Below are positions 27,520-41,071 of a DNA stretch of 64,000 bases, one piece after another; within the stretch, counting starts at the first letter, position 1; every line of letters begins with the position of its first letter. Source of the stretch: Auanema rhodensis (lineage: Eukaryota > Animalia > Nematoda). Position numbers and translations under genes: made by a program. The stretch spans positions 1,116,001 to 1,180,000 of the forward strand of contig CAXKVF010000073.1 of NCBI GenBank assembly GCA_964057225.1. Direction: 5' to 3'. Below the pieces are notes generated by a model. It did not search any database. It worked only from the letters and a program-made list of their open reading frames with translations, and was not told the origin of the DNA.

Positions 27520-30500
27520 CATCTCTTTATCTTTCACGTGAAGCGAGTTACATACCAAGTGCACATCACGTGTACATTTAATTAGCATAAATTAAAGTTC
27601 ACGTAAATTTCAAAGTCATGGTTACCATGAACCAATATCAATAAAAATTTGTTTTTAGACTAATATGGACATGGGGAATCTAATGTTGAAAACCGCATCT
27701 CTTGATCTTTCACGTGAAGCGAGTTACATACCAAGTGCACATCACGTGTACATTTAATTAGCATAAATTAAAGTTCACGTAAATTTCAAAGTCATGGTTA
27801 CCATGAACCAATATCAATAACAATTTGTTTTTAGACTAATATGGACATGGGCAATCTAATTTTGAAAACCGCATCTCTTTATCTTTCACGTGAAGCGAGT
27901 TACATACCAAGTGCACATCACGTGTACATTTAATTAGCATAAATTAAAGTTCACGTAAATTTCAAAGTCATGGTTACCATGCACCAATATCAATAAAAAT
28001 TTGTTTTTAGACTAATATGGACATGGGGAATCTAATTTTGAAAACCGCATCTCTTCGTCTTTCACGTGAAGCGAGTTACATACCAAGTGCACATCACGTG
28101 TACATTTAATTAGCATAAATTAAAGTTCACGTAAATTTCAAAGTCATGGTTACCATGAACCAATATCAATAAAAATTTGTTTTTAGACTAATATGGACAT
28201 GGGGAATCTAATGTTGAAAACCGCATCTCTTTATCTTTCACGTGAAGCGAGTTACATACCAAGTGCACATCACGTGTACATTTAATTAGCATAAATTAAA
28301 GTTCACGTAAATTTCAAAGTCATGGTTACCATGCACCAATATCAATAAAAATTTGTTTTTAGACTAATATGGACATGGGGAATCTAATTTTGAAAACCGC
28401 ATCTCTTCGTCTTTCACGTGAAGCGAGTTACATACCAAGTGCACATCACGTGTACATTTAATTAGCATAAATTAAAGTTCACGTAAATTTCAAAGTCATG
28501 GTTACCATGCACCAATATCAATAAAAATTTGTTTTTAGACTAATATGGACATGGGGAATCTAATGTTGAAAACCGCATCTCTTTATCTTTCACGTGAAGC
28601 GAGTTACATACCAAGTGCACATCACGTGTACATTTAATTAGCATAAATTAAAGTTCACGTAAATTTCAAAGTCATGGTTACCATGCACCAATATCAATAA
28701 AAATTTGTTTTTAGACTAATATGGACATGGGGAATCTAATGTTGAAAACCGCATCTCTTGATCTTTCACGTGAAGCGAGTTACATACCAAGTGCACATCA
28801 CGTGTACATTTAATTAGCATAAATTAAAGTTCACGTAAATTTCAAAGTCATGGTTACCATGAACCAATATCAATAACAATTTGTTTTTAGACTAATATGG
28901 ACATGGGCAATCTAATTTTGAAAACCGCATCTCTTTATCTTTCACGTGAAGCGAGTTACATACCAAGTGCACATCACGTGTACATTTAATTAGCATAAAT
29001 TAAAGTTCACGTAAATTTCAAAGTCATGGTTACCATGCACCAATATCAATAAAAATTTGTTTTTAGACTAATATGGACATGGGGAATCTAATTTTGAAAA
29101 CCGCATCTCTTCGTCTTTCACGTGAAGCGAGTTACATACCAAGTGCACATCACGTGTACATTTAATTAGCATAAATTAAAGTTCACGTAAATTTCAAAGT
29201 CATGGTTACCATGCACCAATATCAATAAAAATTTGTTTTTAGACTAATATGGACATGGGGAATCTAATGTTGAAAACCGCATCTCTTTATCTTTCACGTG
29301 AAGCGAGTTACATACCAAGTGCACATCACGTGTACATTTAATTAGCATAAATTAAAGTTCACGTAAATTTCAAAGTCATGGTTACCATGCACCAATATCA
29401 ATAAAAATTTGTTTTTAGACTAATATGGACATGGGGAATCTAATGTTGAAAACCGCATCTTTTGATCTTTCACGTGAAGCGAGTTACATACCAAGTGCAC
29501 ATCACGTGTACATTTAATTAGCATAAATTAAAGTTCACGTAAATTTCAAAGTCATGGTTACCATGAACCAATATCAATAACAATTTGTTTTTAGACTAAT
29601 ATGGACATGGGCAATCTAATTTTGAAAACCGCATCTCTTTATCTTTCACGTGAAGCGAGTTACATACCAAGTGCACATCACGTGTACATTTAATTAGCAT
29701 AAATTAAAGTTCACGTAAATTTCAAAGTCATGGTTACCATGCACCAATATCAATAAAAATTTGTTTTTAGACTAATATGGACATGGGGAATCTAATGTTG
29801 AAAACCGCATCTCTTTATCTTTCACGTGAAGCGAGTTACATACCAAGTGCACATCACGTGTACATTTAATTAGCATAAATTAAAGTTCACGTAAATTTCA
29901 AAGTCATGGTTACCATGAACCAATATCAATAAAAATTTGTTTTTAGACTAATATGGACATGGGGAATCTAATTTTGAAAACCGCATCTCTTTATCTTTCA
30001 CGTGAAGCGAGTTACATACCAAGTGCACATCACGTGTACGTTTAATTAGCATAAATTAAAGTTCACGTAAATTTCAAAGTCATGGTTACCATGAACCAAT
30101 ATCAATTAAAATTTGTTTTTAGACTAATATGGACATGGGCAATCTAATTTTGAAAACCGCATCTCTTTATCTTTCACGTGAAGCGAGTTACATACCAAGT
30201 GCACATCACGTGTACATTTAATTAGCATAAATTAAAGTTCACGTAAATTTCAAAGTCACGGTTACCATGCACCAATATCAATAAAAATTTGTTTTTAGAC
30301 TAATATGGACATGGGGAATCTAATTTTGAAAACCGTATCTCTTTATCTTTCACGTGAAGCGAGTTACATACCAAGTGCACATCACGTGTACATTTAATTA
30401 GCATAAATTAAAGTTCACGTAAATTTCAAAGTCATGGTTACCATGAACCAATATCAATAACAATCTGTTTTTAGACTAATATGGACATGGGCAATCTAAT

Positions 30501-33500
30501 TTTGAAAACCGCATCTCTTTATCTTTCACGTGAAGCGAGTTACATACCAAGTGCACATCACGTGTACATTTAATTAGCATAAATTAAAGTTCACGTAAAT
30601 TTCAAAGTCATGGTTACCATGCACCAATATCAATAAAAATTTGTTTTTAGACTAATATGGACATGGGGAATCTAATGTTGAAAACCGCATCACTTGATCT
30701 TTCACGTGAAGCGAGTTACATACCAAGTGCACATCACGTGTACATTTAATTAGCATAAATTAAAGTTCACGTAAATTTCAAAGTCATGGTTACCATGAAC
30801 CAATATCAATAACAATTTGTTTTTAGACTAATATGGACATGGGCAATCTAATTTTGAAAACCGCATCTCTTTATCTTTCACGTGAAGCGAGTTACATACC
30901 AAGTGCACATCACGTGTACATTTAATTAGCATAAATTAAAGTTCACGTAAATTTCAAAGTCATGGTTACCATGCACCAATATCAATAAAAATTTGTTTTT
31001 AGACTAATATGGACATGGGGAATCTAATTTTGAAAACCGCATCTCTTCGTCTTTCACGTGAAGCGAGTTACATACCAAGTGCACATCACGTGTACATTTA
31101 ATTAGCATAAATTAAAGTTCACGTAAATTTCAAAGTCATGGTTACCATGCACCAATATCAATAAAAATTTGTTTTTAGACTAATATGGACATGGGGAATC
31201 TAATGTTGAAAACCGCATCTCTTTATCTTTCACGTGAAGCGAGTTACATACCAAGTGCACATCACGTGTACATTTAATTAGCATAAATTAAAGTTCACGT
31301 AAATTTCAAAGTCATGGTTACCATGAACCAATATCAATAAAAATTTGTTTTTAGACTAATATGGACATGGGGAATCTAATTTTGAAAACCGCATCTCTTT
31401 ATCTTTCACGTGAAGCGAGTTACATACCAAGTGCACATCACGTGTACGTTTAATTAGCATAAATTAAAGTTCACGTAAATTTCAAAGTCATGGTTACCAT
31501 GAACCAATATCAATTAAAATTTGTTTTTAGACTAATATGGACATGGGCAATCTAATTTTGAAAACCGCATCTCTTTATCTTTCACGTGAAGCGAGTTACA
31601 TACCAAGTGCACATCACGTGTACATTTAATTAGCATAAATTAAAGTTCACGTAAATTTCAAAGTCACGGTTACCATGCACCAATATCAATAAAAATTTGT
31701 TTTTAGACTAATATGGACATGGGGAATCTAATTTTGAAAACCGTATCTCTTTATCTTTCACGTGAAGCGAGTTACATACCAAGTGCACATCACGTGTACA
31801 TTTAATTAGCATAAATTAAAGTTCACGTAAATTTCAAAGTCATGGTTACCATGAACCAATATCAATAACAATTTGTTTTTAGACTAATATGGACATGGGC
31901 AATCTAATTTTGAAAACCGCATCTCTTTATCTTTCACGTGAAGCGAGTTACATACCAAGTGCACATCACGTGTACATTTAATTAGCATAAATTAAAGTTC
32001 ACGTAAATTTCAAAGTCATGGTTACCATGCACCAATATCAATAAAAATTTGTTTTTAGACTAATATGGACATGGGGAATCTAATTTTGAAAACCGCATCT
32101 CTTTATCTTTCACGTGAAGCGAGTTACATACCAAGTGCACATCACGTGTACGTTTAATTAGCATAAATTAAAGTTCACGTAAATTTCAAAGTCATGGTTA
32201 CCATGAACCAATATCAATTAAAATTTGTTTTTAGACTAATATGGACATGGGCAATCTAATTTTGAAAACCGCATCTCTTTATCTTTCACGTGAAGCGAGT
32301 TACATACCAAGTGCACATCACGTGTACATTTAATTAGCATAAATTAAAGTTCACGTAAATTTCAAAGTCACGGTTACCATGCACCAATATCAATAAAAAT
32401 TTGTTTTTAGACTAATATGGACATGGGGAATCTAATTTTGAAAACCGTATCTCTTTATCTTTCACGTGAAGCGAGTTACATACCAAGTGCACATCACGTG
32501 TACATTTAATTAGCATAAATTAAAGTTCACGTAAATTTCAAAGTCATGGTTACCATGAACCAATATCAATAACAATTTGTTTTTAGACTAATATGGACAT
32601 GGGCAATCTAATTTTGAAAACCGCATCTCTTTATCTTTCACGTGAAGCGAGTTACATACCAAGTGCACATCACGTGTACATTTAATTAGCATAAATTAAA
32701 GTTCACGTAAATTTCAAAGTCACGGTTACCATGCACCAATATCAATAAAAATTTGTTTTTAGACTAATATGGACATGGGGAATCTAATTTTGAAAACCGT
32801 ATCTCTTTATCTTTCACGTGAAGCGAGTTACATACCAAGTGCACATCACGTGTACATTTAATTAGCATAAATTAAAGTTCACGTAAATTTCAAAGTCATG
32901 GTTACCATGCACCAATATCAATAAAAATTTGTTTTTAGACTAATATGGACATGGGGAATCTAATTTTGAAAACCGCATCTCTTCGTCTTTCACGTGAAGC
33001 GAGTTACATACCAAGTGCACATCACGTGTACATTTAATTAGCATAAATTAAAGTTCACGTAAATTTCAAAGTCATGGTTACCATGCACCAATATCAATAA
33101 AAATTTGTTTTTAGACTAATATGGACATGGGGAATCTAATGTTGAAAACCGCATCTCTTTATCTTTCACGTGAAGCGAGTTACATACCAAGTGCACATCA
33201 CGTGTACATTTAATTAGCATAAATTAAAGTTCACGTAAATTTCAAAGTCATGGTTACCATGAACCAATATCAATAAAAATTTGTTTTTAGACTAATATGG
33301 ACATGGGGAATCTAATTTTGAAAACCGCATCTCTTTATCTTTCACGTGAAGCGAGTTACATACCAAGTGCACATCACGTGTACGTTTAATTAGCATAAAT
33401 TAAAGTTCACGTAAATTTCAAAGTCATGGTTACCATGAACCAATATCAATTAAAATTTGTTTTTAGACTAATATGGACATGGGCAATCTAATTTTGAAAA

Positions 33501-36495
33501 CCGCATCTCTTTATCTTTCACGTGAAGCGAGTTACATACCAAGTGCACATCACGTGTACATTTAATTAGCATAAATTAAAGTTCACGTAAATTTCAAAGT
33601 CACGGTTACCATGCACCAATATCAATAAAAATTTGTTTTTAGACTAATATGGACATGGGGAATCTAATTTTGAAAACCGTATCTCTTTATCTTTCACGTG
33701 AAGCGAGTTACATACCAAGTGCACATCACGTGTACATTTAATTAGCATAAATTAAAGTTCACGTAAATTTCAAAGTCATGGTTACCATGAACCAATATCA
33801 ATAACAATTTGTTTTTAGACTAATATGGACATGGGCAATCTAATTTTGAAAACCGCATCTCTTTATCTTTCACGTGAAGCGAGTTACATACCAAGTGCAC
33901 ATCACGTGTACATTTAATTAGCATAAATTAAAGTTCACGTAAATTTCAAAGTCATGGTTACCATGCACCAATATCAATAAAAATTTGTTTTTAGACTAAT
34001 ATGGACATGGGGAATCTAATGTTGAAAACCGCATCTCTTGATCTTTCACGTGAAGCGAGTTACATACCAAGTGCACATCACGTGTACATTTAATTAGCAT
34101 AAATTAAAGTTCACGTAAATTTCAAAGTCATGGTTACCATGTACCAATATCAATAAAAATTTGTTTTTAGACTAATATGGACATGGGGAATCTAATGTTG
34201 AAAACCGCATCTCTTTATCTTTCACGTGAAGCGAGTTACATACCAAGTGCACATCACGTGTACATTTAATTAGCATAAATTAAAGTTCACGTAAATTTCA
34301 AAGTCATGGTTACCATGAACCAATATCAATAAAAATTTGTTTTTAGACTAATATGGACATGGGGAATCTAATTTTGAAAACCGCATCTCTTTATCTTTCA
34401 CGTGAAGCGAGTTACATACCAAGTGCACATCACGTGTACATTTAATTAGCATAAATTAAAGTTCACGTAAATTTCAAAGTCATGGTTACCATGAACCAAT
34501 ATCAATTAAAATTTGTTTTTAGACTAATATGGACATGGGCAATCTAATTTTGAAAACCGCATCTTTTTATCTTTCACGTGAAGCGAGTTACATACCAAGT
34601 GCACATCACGTGTACATTTAATTAGCATAAATTAAAGTTCACGTAAATTTCAAAGTCACGGTTACCATGCACCAATATCAATAAAAATTTGTTTTTAGAC
34701 TAATATGGACATGGGGAATCTAATTTTGAAAACCGTATCTCTTTATCTTTCACGTGAAGCGAGTTACATACCAAGTGCACATCACGTGTACATTCAATTA
34801 GCATAAATTAAAGTTCACGTAAATTTCAAAGTCATGGTTACCATGAACCAATATCAATAACAATTTGTTTTTAGACTAATATGGACATGGGCAATCTAAT
34901 TTTGAAAACCGCATCTCTTTATCTTTCACGTGAAGCGAGTTACATACCAAGTTCACATCACGTGTACATTTAATTAGCATAAATTAAAGTTCACGTAAAT
35001 TTCAAAGTCATGGTTACCATGCACCAATATCAATAAAAATTTGTTTTTAGACTAATATGGACATGGGGAATCTAATTTTGAAAACCGCATCTCTTCATCT
35101 TTCACGTGAAGCGAGTTACATACCAAGTGCACATCACGTCTAAATTTAATTAGCATAAATTAAAGTTCACGAAAATTTCAAAGTCATGGTTACCATGAAC
35201 CAATATCAATAAAAATTTGTTTTTAGACTAATATGGACATGGGCAATCTAATTTTGAAAACCGCATCTCTTCATCTTTCACGTGAAGCGAGTTACATACC
35301 AAGTGCACATCACGTGTACATTTAATTAGCATAAATTAAAGTTCACGTAAATTTCAAAGTCATGGTTACCATGCACCAATATCAATAAAAATTTGTTTTT
35401 AGACTAATATGGACATGGGGAATCTAATTTTGAAAACCGCATCTCTTCATCTTTCACGTGAAGCGAGTTACATACCAAGTGCACATCACGTGTACATTTA
35501 ATTAGCATAAATTAAAGTTCACGTAAATTTCAAAGTCATGGTTACCATGAACCAATATCAATACAAATTTGTTTTTAGACTAATATGGACATGGGGAATC
35601 TAATTTTGAAAACCGCATCACTTTATCTTTCACGTGAAGCGAGTTACATACCAAGTGCACATCACGTGTACATTTAATTAGCATAAATTAAAGTTCACGT
35701 AAATTTCAAAGTCATGGTTACCATGAACCAATATCAATAAAAATTTGTTTTTAGACTAATATGGACATGGGGAATCTAATTTTGAAAACCGCATCTCTTT
35801 ATCTTTCACGTGAAGCGAGTTACATACCAAGTGCACATCACGTGTACATTTAATTAGCATAAATTAAAGTTCACGTAAATTTCAAAGTCATGGTTACCAT
35901 GAACCAATATCAATTAAAATTTGTTTTTAGACTAATATGGACATGGGCAATCTAATTTTGAAAACCGCATCTCTTTATCTTTCACGTGAAGCGAGTTACA
36001 TACCAAGTGCACATCACGTGTACATTTAATTAGCATAAATTAAAGTTCACGTAAATTTCAAAGTCACGGTTACCATGCACCAATATCAATAAAAATTTGT
36101 TTTTAGACTAATATGGACATGGGGAATCTAATTTTGAAAACCGTATCTCTTTATCTTTCACGTGAAGCGAGTTACATACCAAGTGCACATCACGTGTACA
36201 TTTAATTAGCATAAATTAAAGTTCACGTAAATTTCAAAGTCATGGTTACCATGAACCAATATCAATAACAATTTGTTTTTAGACTAATATGGACATGGGC
36301 AATCTAATTTTGAAAACCGCATCTCTTTATCTTTCACGTGAAGCGAGTTACATACCAAGTGCACATCACGTGTACATTTAATTAGCATAAATTAAAGTTC
36401 ACGTAAATTTCAAAGTCATGGTTACCATGCACCAATATCAATAAAAATTTGTTTTTAGACTAATATGGACATGGGGAATCTAATTTTGAAAACCG

Positions 36496-39400
36496 CATCT
36501 CTTCATCTTTCACGTGAAGCGAGTTACATACCAAGTGCACATCACGTCTAAATTTAATTAGCATAAATTAAAGTTCACGTAAATTTCAAAGTCATGGTTA
36601 CCATGCACCAATATCAATAAAAATTTGTTTTTAGACTAATATGGACTTGGGGAATCTAATGTTGAAAACCGCATCTCTTTATCTTTCACGTGAAGCGAGT
36701 TACATACCAAGTGCACATCACGTGTACATTTAATTAGCATAAATTAAAGTTCACGTAAATTTCAAAGTCATGGTTACCATGAACCAATATCAATACAAAT
36801 TTGTTTTTAGACTAATATGGACATGGGGAATCTAATTTTGAAAACCGCATCACTTTATCTTTCACGTGAAGCGAGTTACATACCAAGTGCACATCACGTG
36901 TACATTTAATTAGCATAAATTAAAGTTCACGTAAATTTCAAAGTCATGGTTACCATGAACCAATATCAATAAAAATTTGTTTTTAGACTAATATGGACAT
37001 GGGGAATCTAATTTTGAAAACCGCATCTCTTTATCTTTCACGTGAAGCGAGTTACATACCAAGTGCACATCACGTGTACATTTAATTAGCATAAATTAAA
37101 GTTCACGTAAATTTCAAAGTCATGGTTACCATGCACCAATATCAATAAAAATTTGTTTTTAGACTAATATGGACATGGGGAATCTAATGTTGAAAACCGC
37201 ATCTCTTGATCTTTCACGTGAAGCGAGTTACATACCAAGTGCACATCACGTGTACATTTAATTAGCATAAATTAAAGTTCACGTAAATTTCAAAGTCATG
37301 GTTACCATGCACCAATATCAATAAAAATTTGTTTTTAGACTAATATGGACATGGGGAATCTAATGTTGAAAACCGCATCTCTTTATCTTTCACGTGAAGC
37401 AAGTTACATACCAAGTGCACATCACGTGTACATTTAATTAGCATAAATTAAAGTTCACGTAAATTTCAAAGTCATGGTTACCATGAACCAATATCAATAA
37501 AAATTTGTTTTTAGACTAATATGGACATGGGGAATCTAATTTTGAAAACCGCATCTCTTTATCTTTCACGTGAAGCGAGTTACATACCAAGTGCACATCA
37601 CGTGTACATTTAATTAGCATAAATTAAAGTTCACGTAAATTTCAAAGTCATGGTTACCATGAACCAATATCAATTAAAATTTGTTTTTAGACTAATATGG
37701 ACATGGGCAATCTAATTTTGAAAACCGCATCTCTTTATCTTTCACGTGAAGCGAGTTACATACCAAGTGCACATCACGTGTACATTTAATTAGCATAAAT
37801 TAAAGTTCACGTAAATTTCAAAGTCACGGTTACCATGCACCAATATCAATAAAAATTTGTTTTTAGACTAATATGGACATGGGGAATCTAATTTTGAAAA
37901 CCGTATCTCTTTATCTTTCACGTGAAGCGAGTTACATACCAAGTTCACATCACGTGTACATTTAATTAGCATAAATTAAAGTTCACGTAAATTTCAAAGT
38001 CATGGTTACCATGCACCAATATCAATAAAAATTTGTTTTTAGACTAATATGGACATGGGGAATCTAATTTTGAAAACCGCATCTCTTCATCTTTCACGTG
38101 AAGCGAGTTACATACCAAGTGCACATCACGTCTAAATTTAATTAGCATAAATTAAAGTTCACGAAAATTTCAAAGTCATGGTTACCATGAACCAATATCA
38201 ATAAAAATTTGTTTTTAGACTAATATGGACATGGGCAATCTAATTTTGAAAACCGCATCTCTTCATCTTTCACGTGAAGCGAGTTACATACCAAGTGCAC
38301 ATCACGTGTACATTTAATTAGCATAAATTAAAGTTCACGTAAATTTCAAAGTCATGGTTACCATGCACCAATATCAATAAAAATTTGTTTTTAGACTAAT
38401 ATGGACATGGGGAATCTAATTTTGAAAACCGCATCTCTTCATCTTTCACGTGAAGCGAGTTACATACCAAGTGCACATCACGTGTACATTTAATTAGCAT
38501 AAATTAAAGTTCACGTAAATTTCAAAGTCATGGTTACCATGAACCAATATCAATACAAATTTGTTTTTAGACTAATATGGACATGGGGAATCTAATTTTG
38601 AAAACCGCATCACTTTATCTTTCACGTGAAGCGAGTTACATACCAAGTGCACATCACGTGTACATTTAATTAGCATAAATTAAAGTTCACGTAAATTTCA
38701 AAGTCATGGTTACCATGCACCAATATCAATAAAAATTTGTTTTTAGACTAATATGGACATGGGGAATCTAATTTTGAAAACCGCATCTCTTCATCTTTCA
38801 CGTGAAGCGAGTTACATACCAAGTGCACATCACGTCTAAATTTAATTAGCATAAATTAAAGTTCACGTAAATTTCAAAGTCATGGTTACCATGCACCAAT
38901 ATCAATAAAAATTTGTTTTTAGACTAATATGGACATGGGGAATCTAATGTTGAAAACCGCATCTCTTTATCTTTCACGTGAAGCGAGTTACATACCAAGT
39001 GCACATCACGTGTACATTTAATTAGCATAAATTAAAGTTCACGTAAATTTCAAAGTCATGGTTACCATGAACCAATATCAATACAAATTTGTTTTTAGAC
39101 TAATATGGACATGGGGAATCTAATTTTGAAAACCGCATCACTTTATCTTTCACGTGAAGCGAGTTACATACCAAGTGCACATCACGTGTACATTTAATTA
39201 GCATAAATTAAAGTTCACGTAAATTTCAAAGTCATGGTTACCATGAACCAATATCAATAAAAATTTGTTTTTAGACTAATATGGACATGGGGAATCTAAT
39301 TTTGAAAACCGCATCTCTTTATCTTTCACGTGAAGCGAGTTACATACCAAGTGCACATCACGTGTACATTTAATTAGCATAAATTAAAGTTCACGTAAAT

Positions 39401-41071
39401 TTCAAAGTCATGGTTACCATGCACCAATATCAATAAAAATTTGTTTTTAGACTAATATGGACATGGGGAATCTAATGTTGAAAACCGCATCTCTTGATCT
39501 TTCACGTGAAGCGAGTTACATACCAAGTGCACATCACGTGTACATTTAATTAGCATAAATTAAAGTTCACGTAAATTTCAAAGTCATGGTTACCATGCAC
39601 CAATATCAATAAAAATTTGTTTTTAGACTAATATGGACATGGGGAATCTAATGTTGAAAACCGCATCTCTTTATCTTTCACGTGAAGCGAGTTACATACC
39701 AAGTGCACATCACGTGTACATTTAATTAGCATAAATTAAAGTTCACGTAAATTTCAAAGTCATGGTTACCATGAACCAATATCAATAAAAATTTGTTTTT
39801 AGACTAATATGGACATGGGGAATCTAATTTTGAAAACCGCATCTCTTTATCTTTCACGTGAAGCGAGTTACATACCAAGTGCACATCACGTGTACATTTA
39901 ATTAGCATAAATTAAAGTTCACGTAAATTTCAAAGTCATGGTTACCATGAACCAATATCAATTAAAATTTGTTTTTAGACTAATATGGACATGGGCAATC
40001 TAATTTTGAAAACCGCATCTCTTTATCTTTCACGTGAAGCGAGTTACATACCAAGTGCACATCACGTGTACATTTAATTAGCATAAATTAAAGTTCACGT
40101 AAATTTCAAAGTCACGGTTACCATGCACCAATATCAATAAAAATTTGTTTTTAGACTAATATGGACATGGGGAATCTAATTTTGAAAACCGTATCTCTTT
40201 ATCTTTCACGTGAAGCGAGTTACATACCAAGTTCACATCACGTGTACATTTAATTAGCATAAATTAAAGTTCACGTAAATTTCAAAGTCATGGTTACCAT
40301 GCACCAATATCAATAAAAATTTGTTTTTAGACTAATATGGACATGGGGAATCTAATTTTGAAAACCGCATCTCTTCATCTTTCACGTGAAGCGAGTTACA
40401 TACCAAGTGCACATCACGTCTAAATTTAATTAGCATAAATTAAAGTTCACGAAAATTTCAAAGTCATGGTTACCATGAACCAATATCAATAAAAATTTGT
40501 TTTTAGACTAATATGGACATGGGCAATCTAATTTTGAAAACCGCATCTCTTCATCTTTCACGTGAAGCGAGTTACATACCAAGTGCACATCACGTGTACA
40601 TTTAATTAGCATAAATTAAAGTTCACGTAAATTTCAAAGTCATGGTTACCATGCACCAATATCAATAAAAATTTGTTTTTAGACTAATATGGACATGGGG
40701 AATCTAATTTTGAAAACCGCATCTCTTCATCTTTCACGTGAAGCGAGTTACATACCAAGTGCACATCACGTGTACATTTAATTAGCATAAATTAAAGTTC
40801 ACGTAAATTTCAAAGTCATGGTTACCATGAACCAATATCAATACAAATTTGTTTTTAGACTAATATGGACATGGGGAATCTAATTTTGAAAACCGCATCA
40901 CTTTATCTTTCACGTGAAGCGAGTTACATACCAAGTGCACATCACGTGTACATTTAATTAGCATAAATTAAAGTTCACGTAAATTTCAAAGTCATGGTTA
41001 CCATGAACCAATATCAATAAAAATTTGTTTTTAGACTAATATGGACATGGGGAATCTAATTTTGAAAACCG
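36496..41071. repeat. Tandem duplication of a 13-mer (2288 bp): 36496-38783 / 38784-41071
   Basis: Variant order is identical in both copies, including the hybrid monomers CACGTCTAAA-without-CACGAAAA (36496, 38784) and CCGTATC+AAGTTCAC (37904, 40192). Confidence 0.85.
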
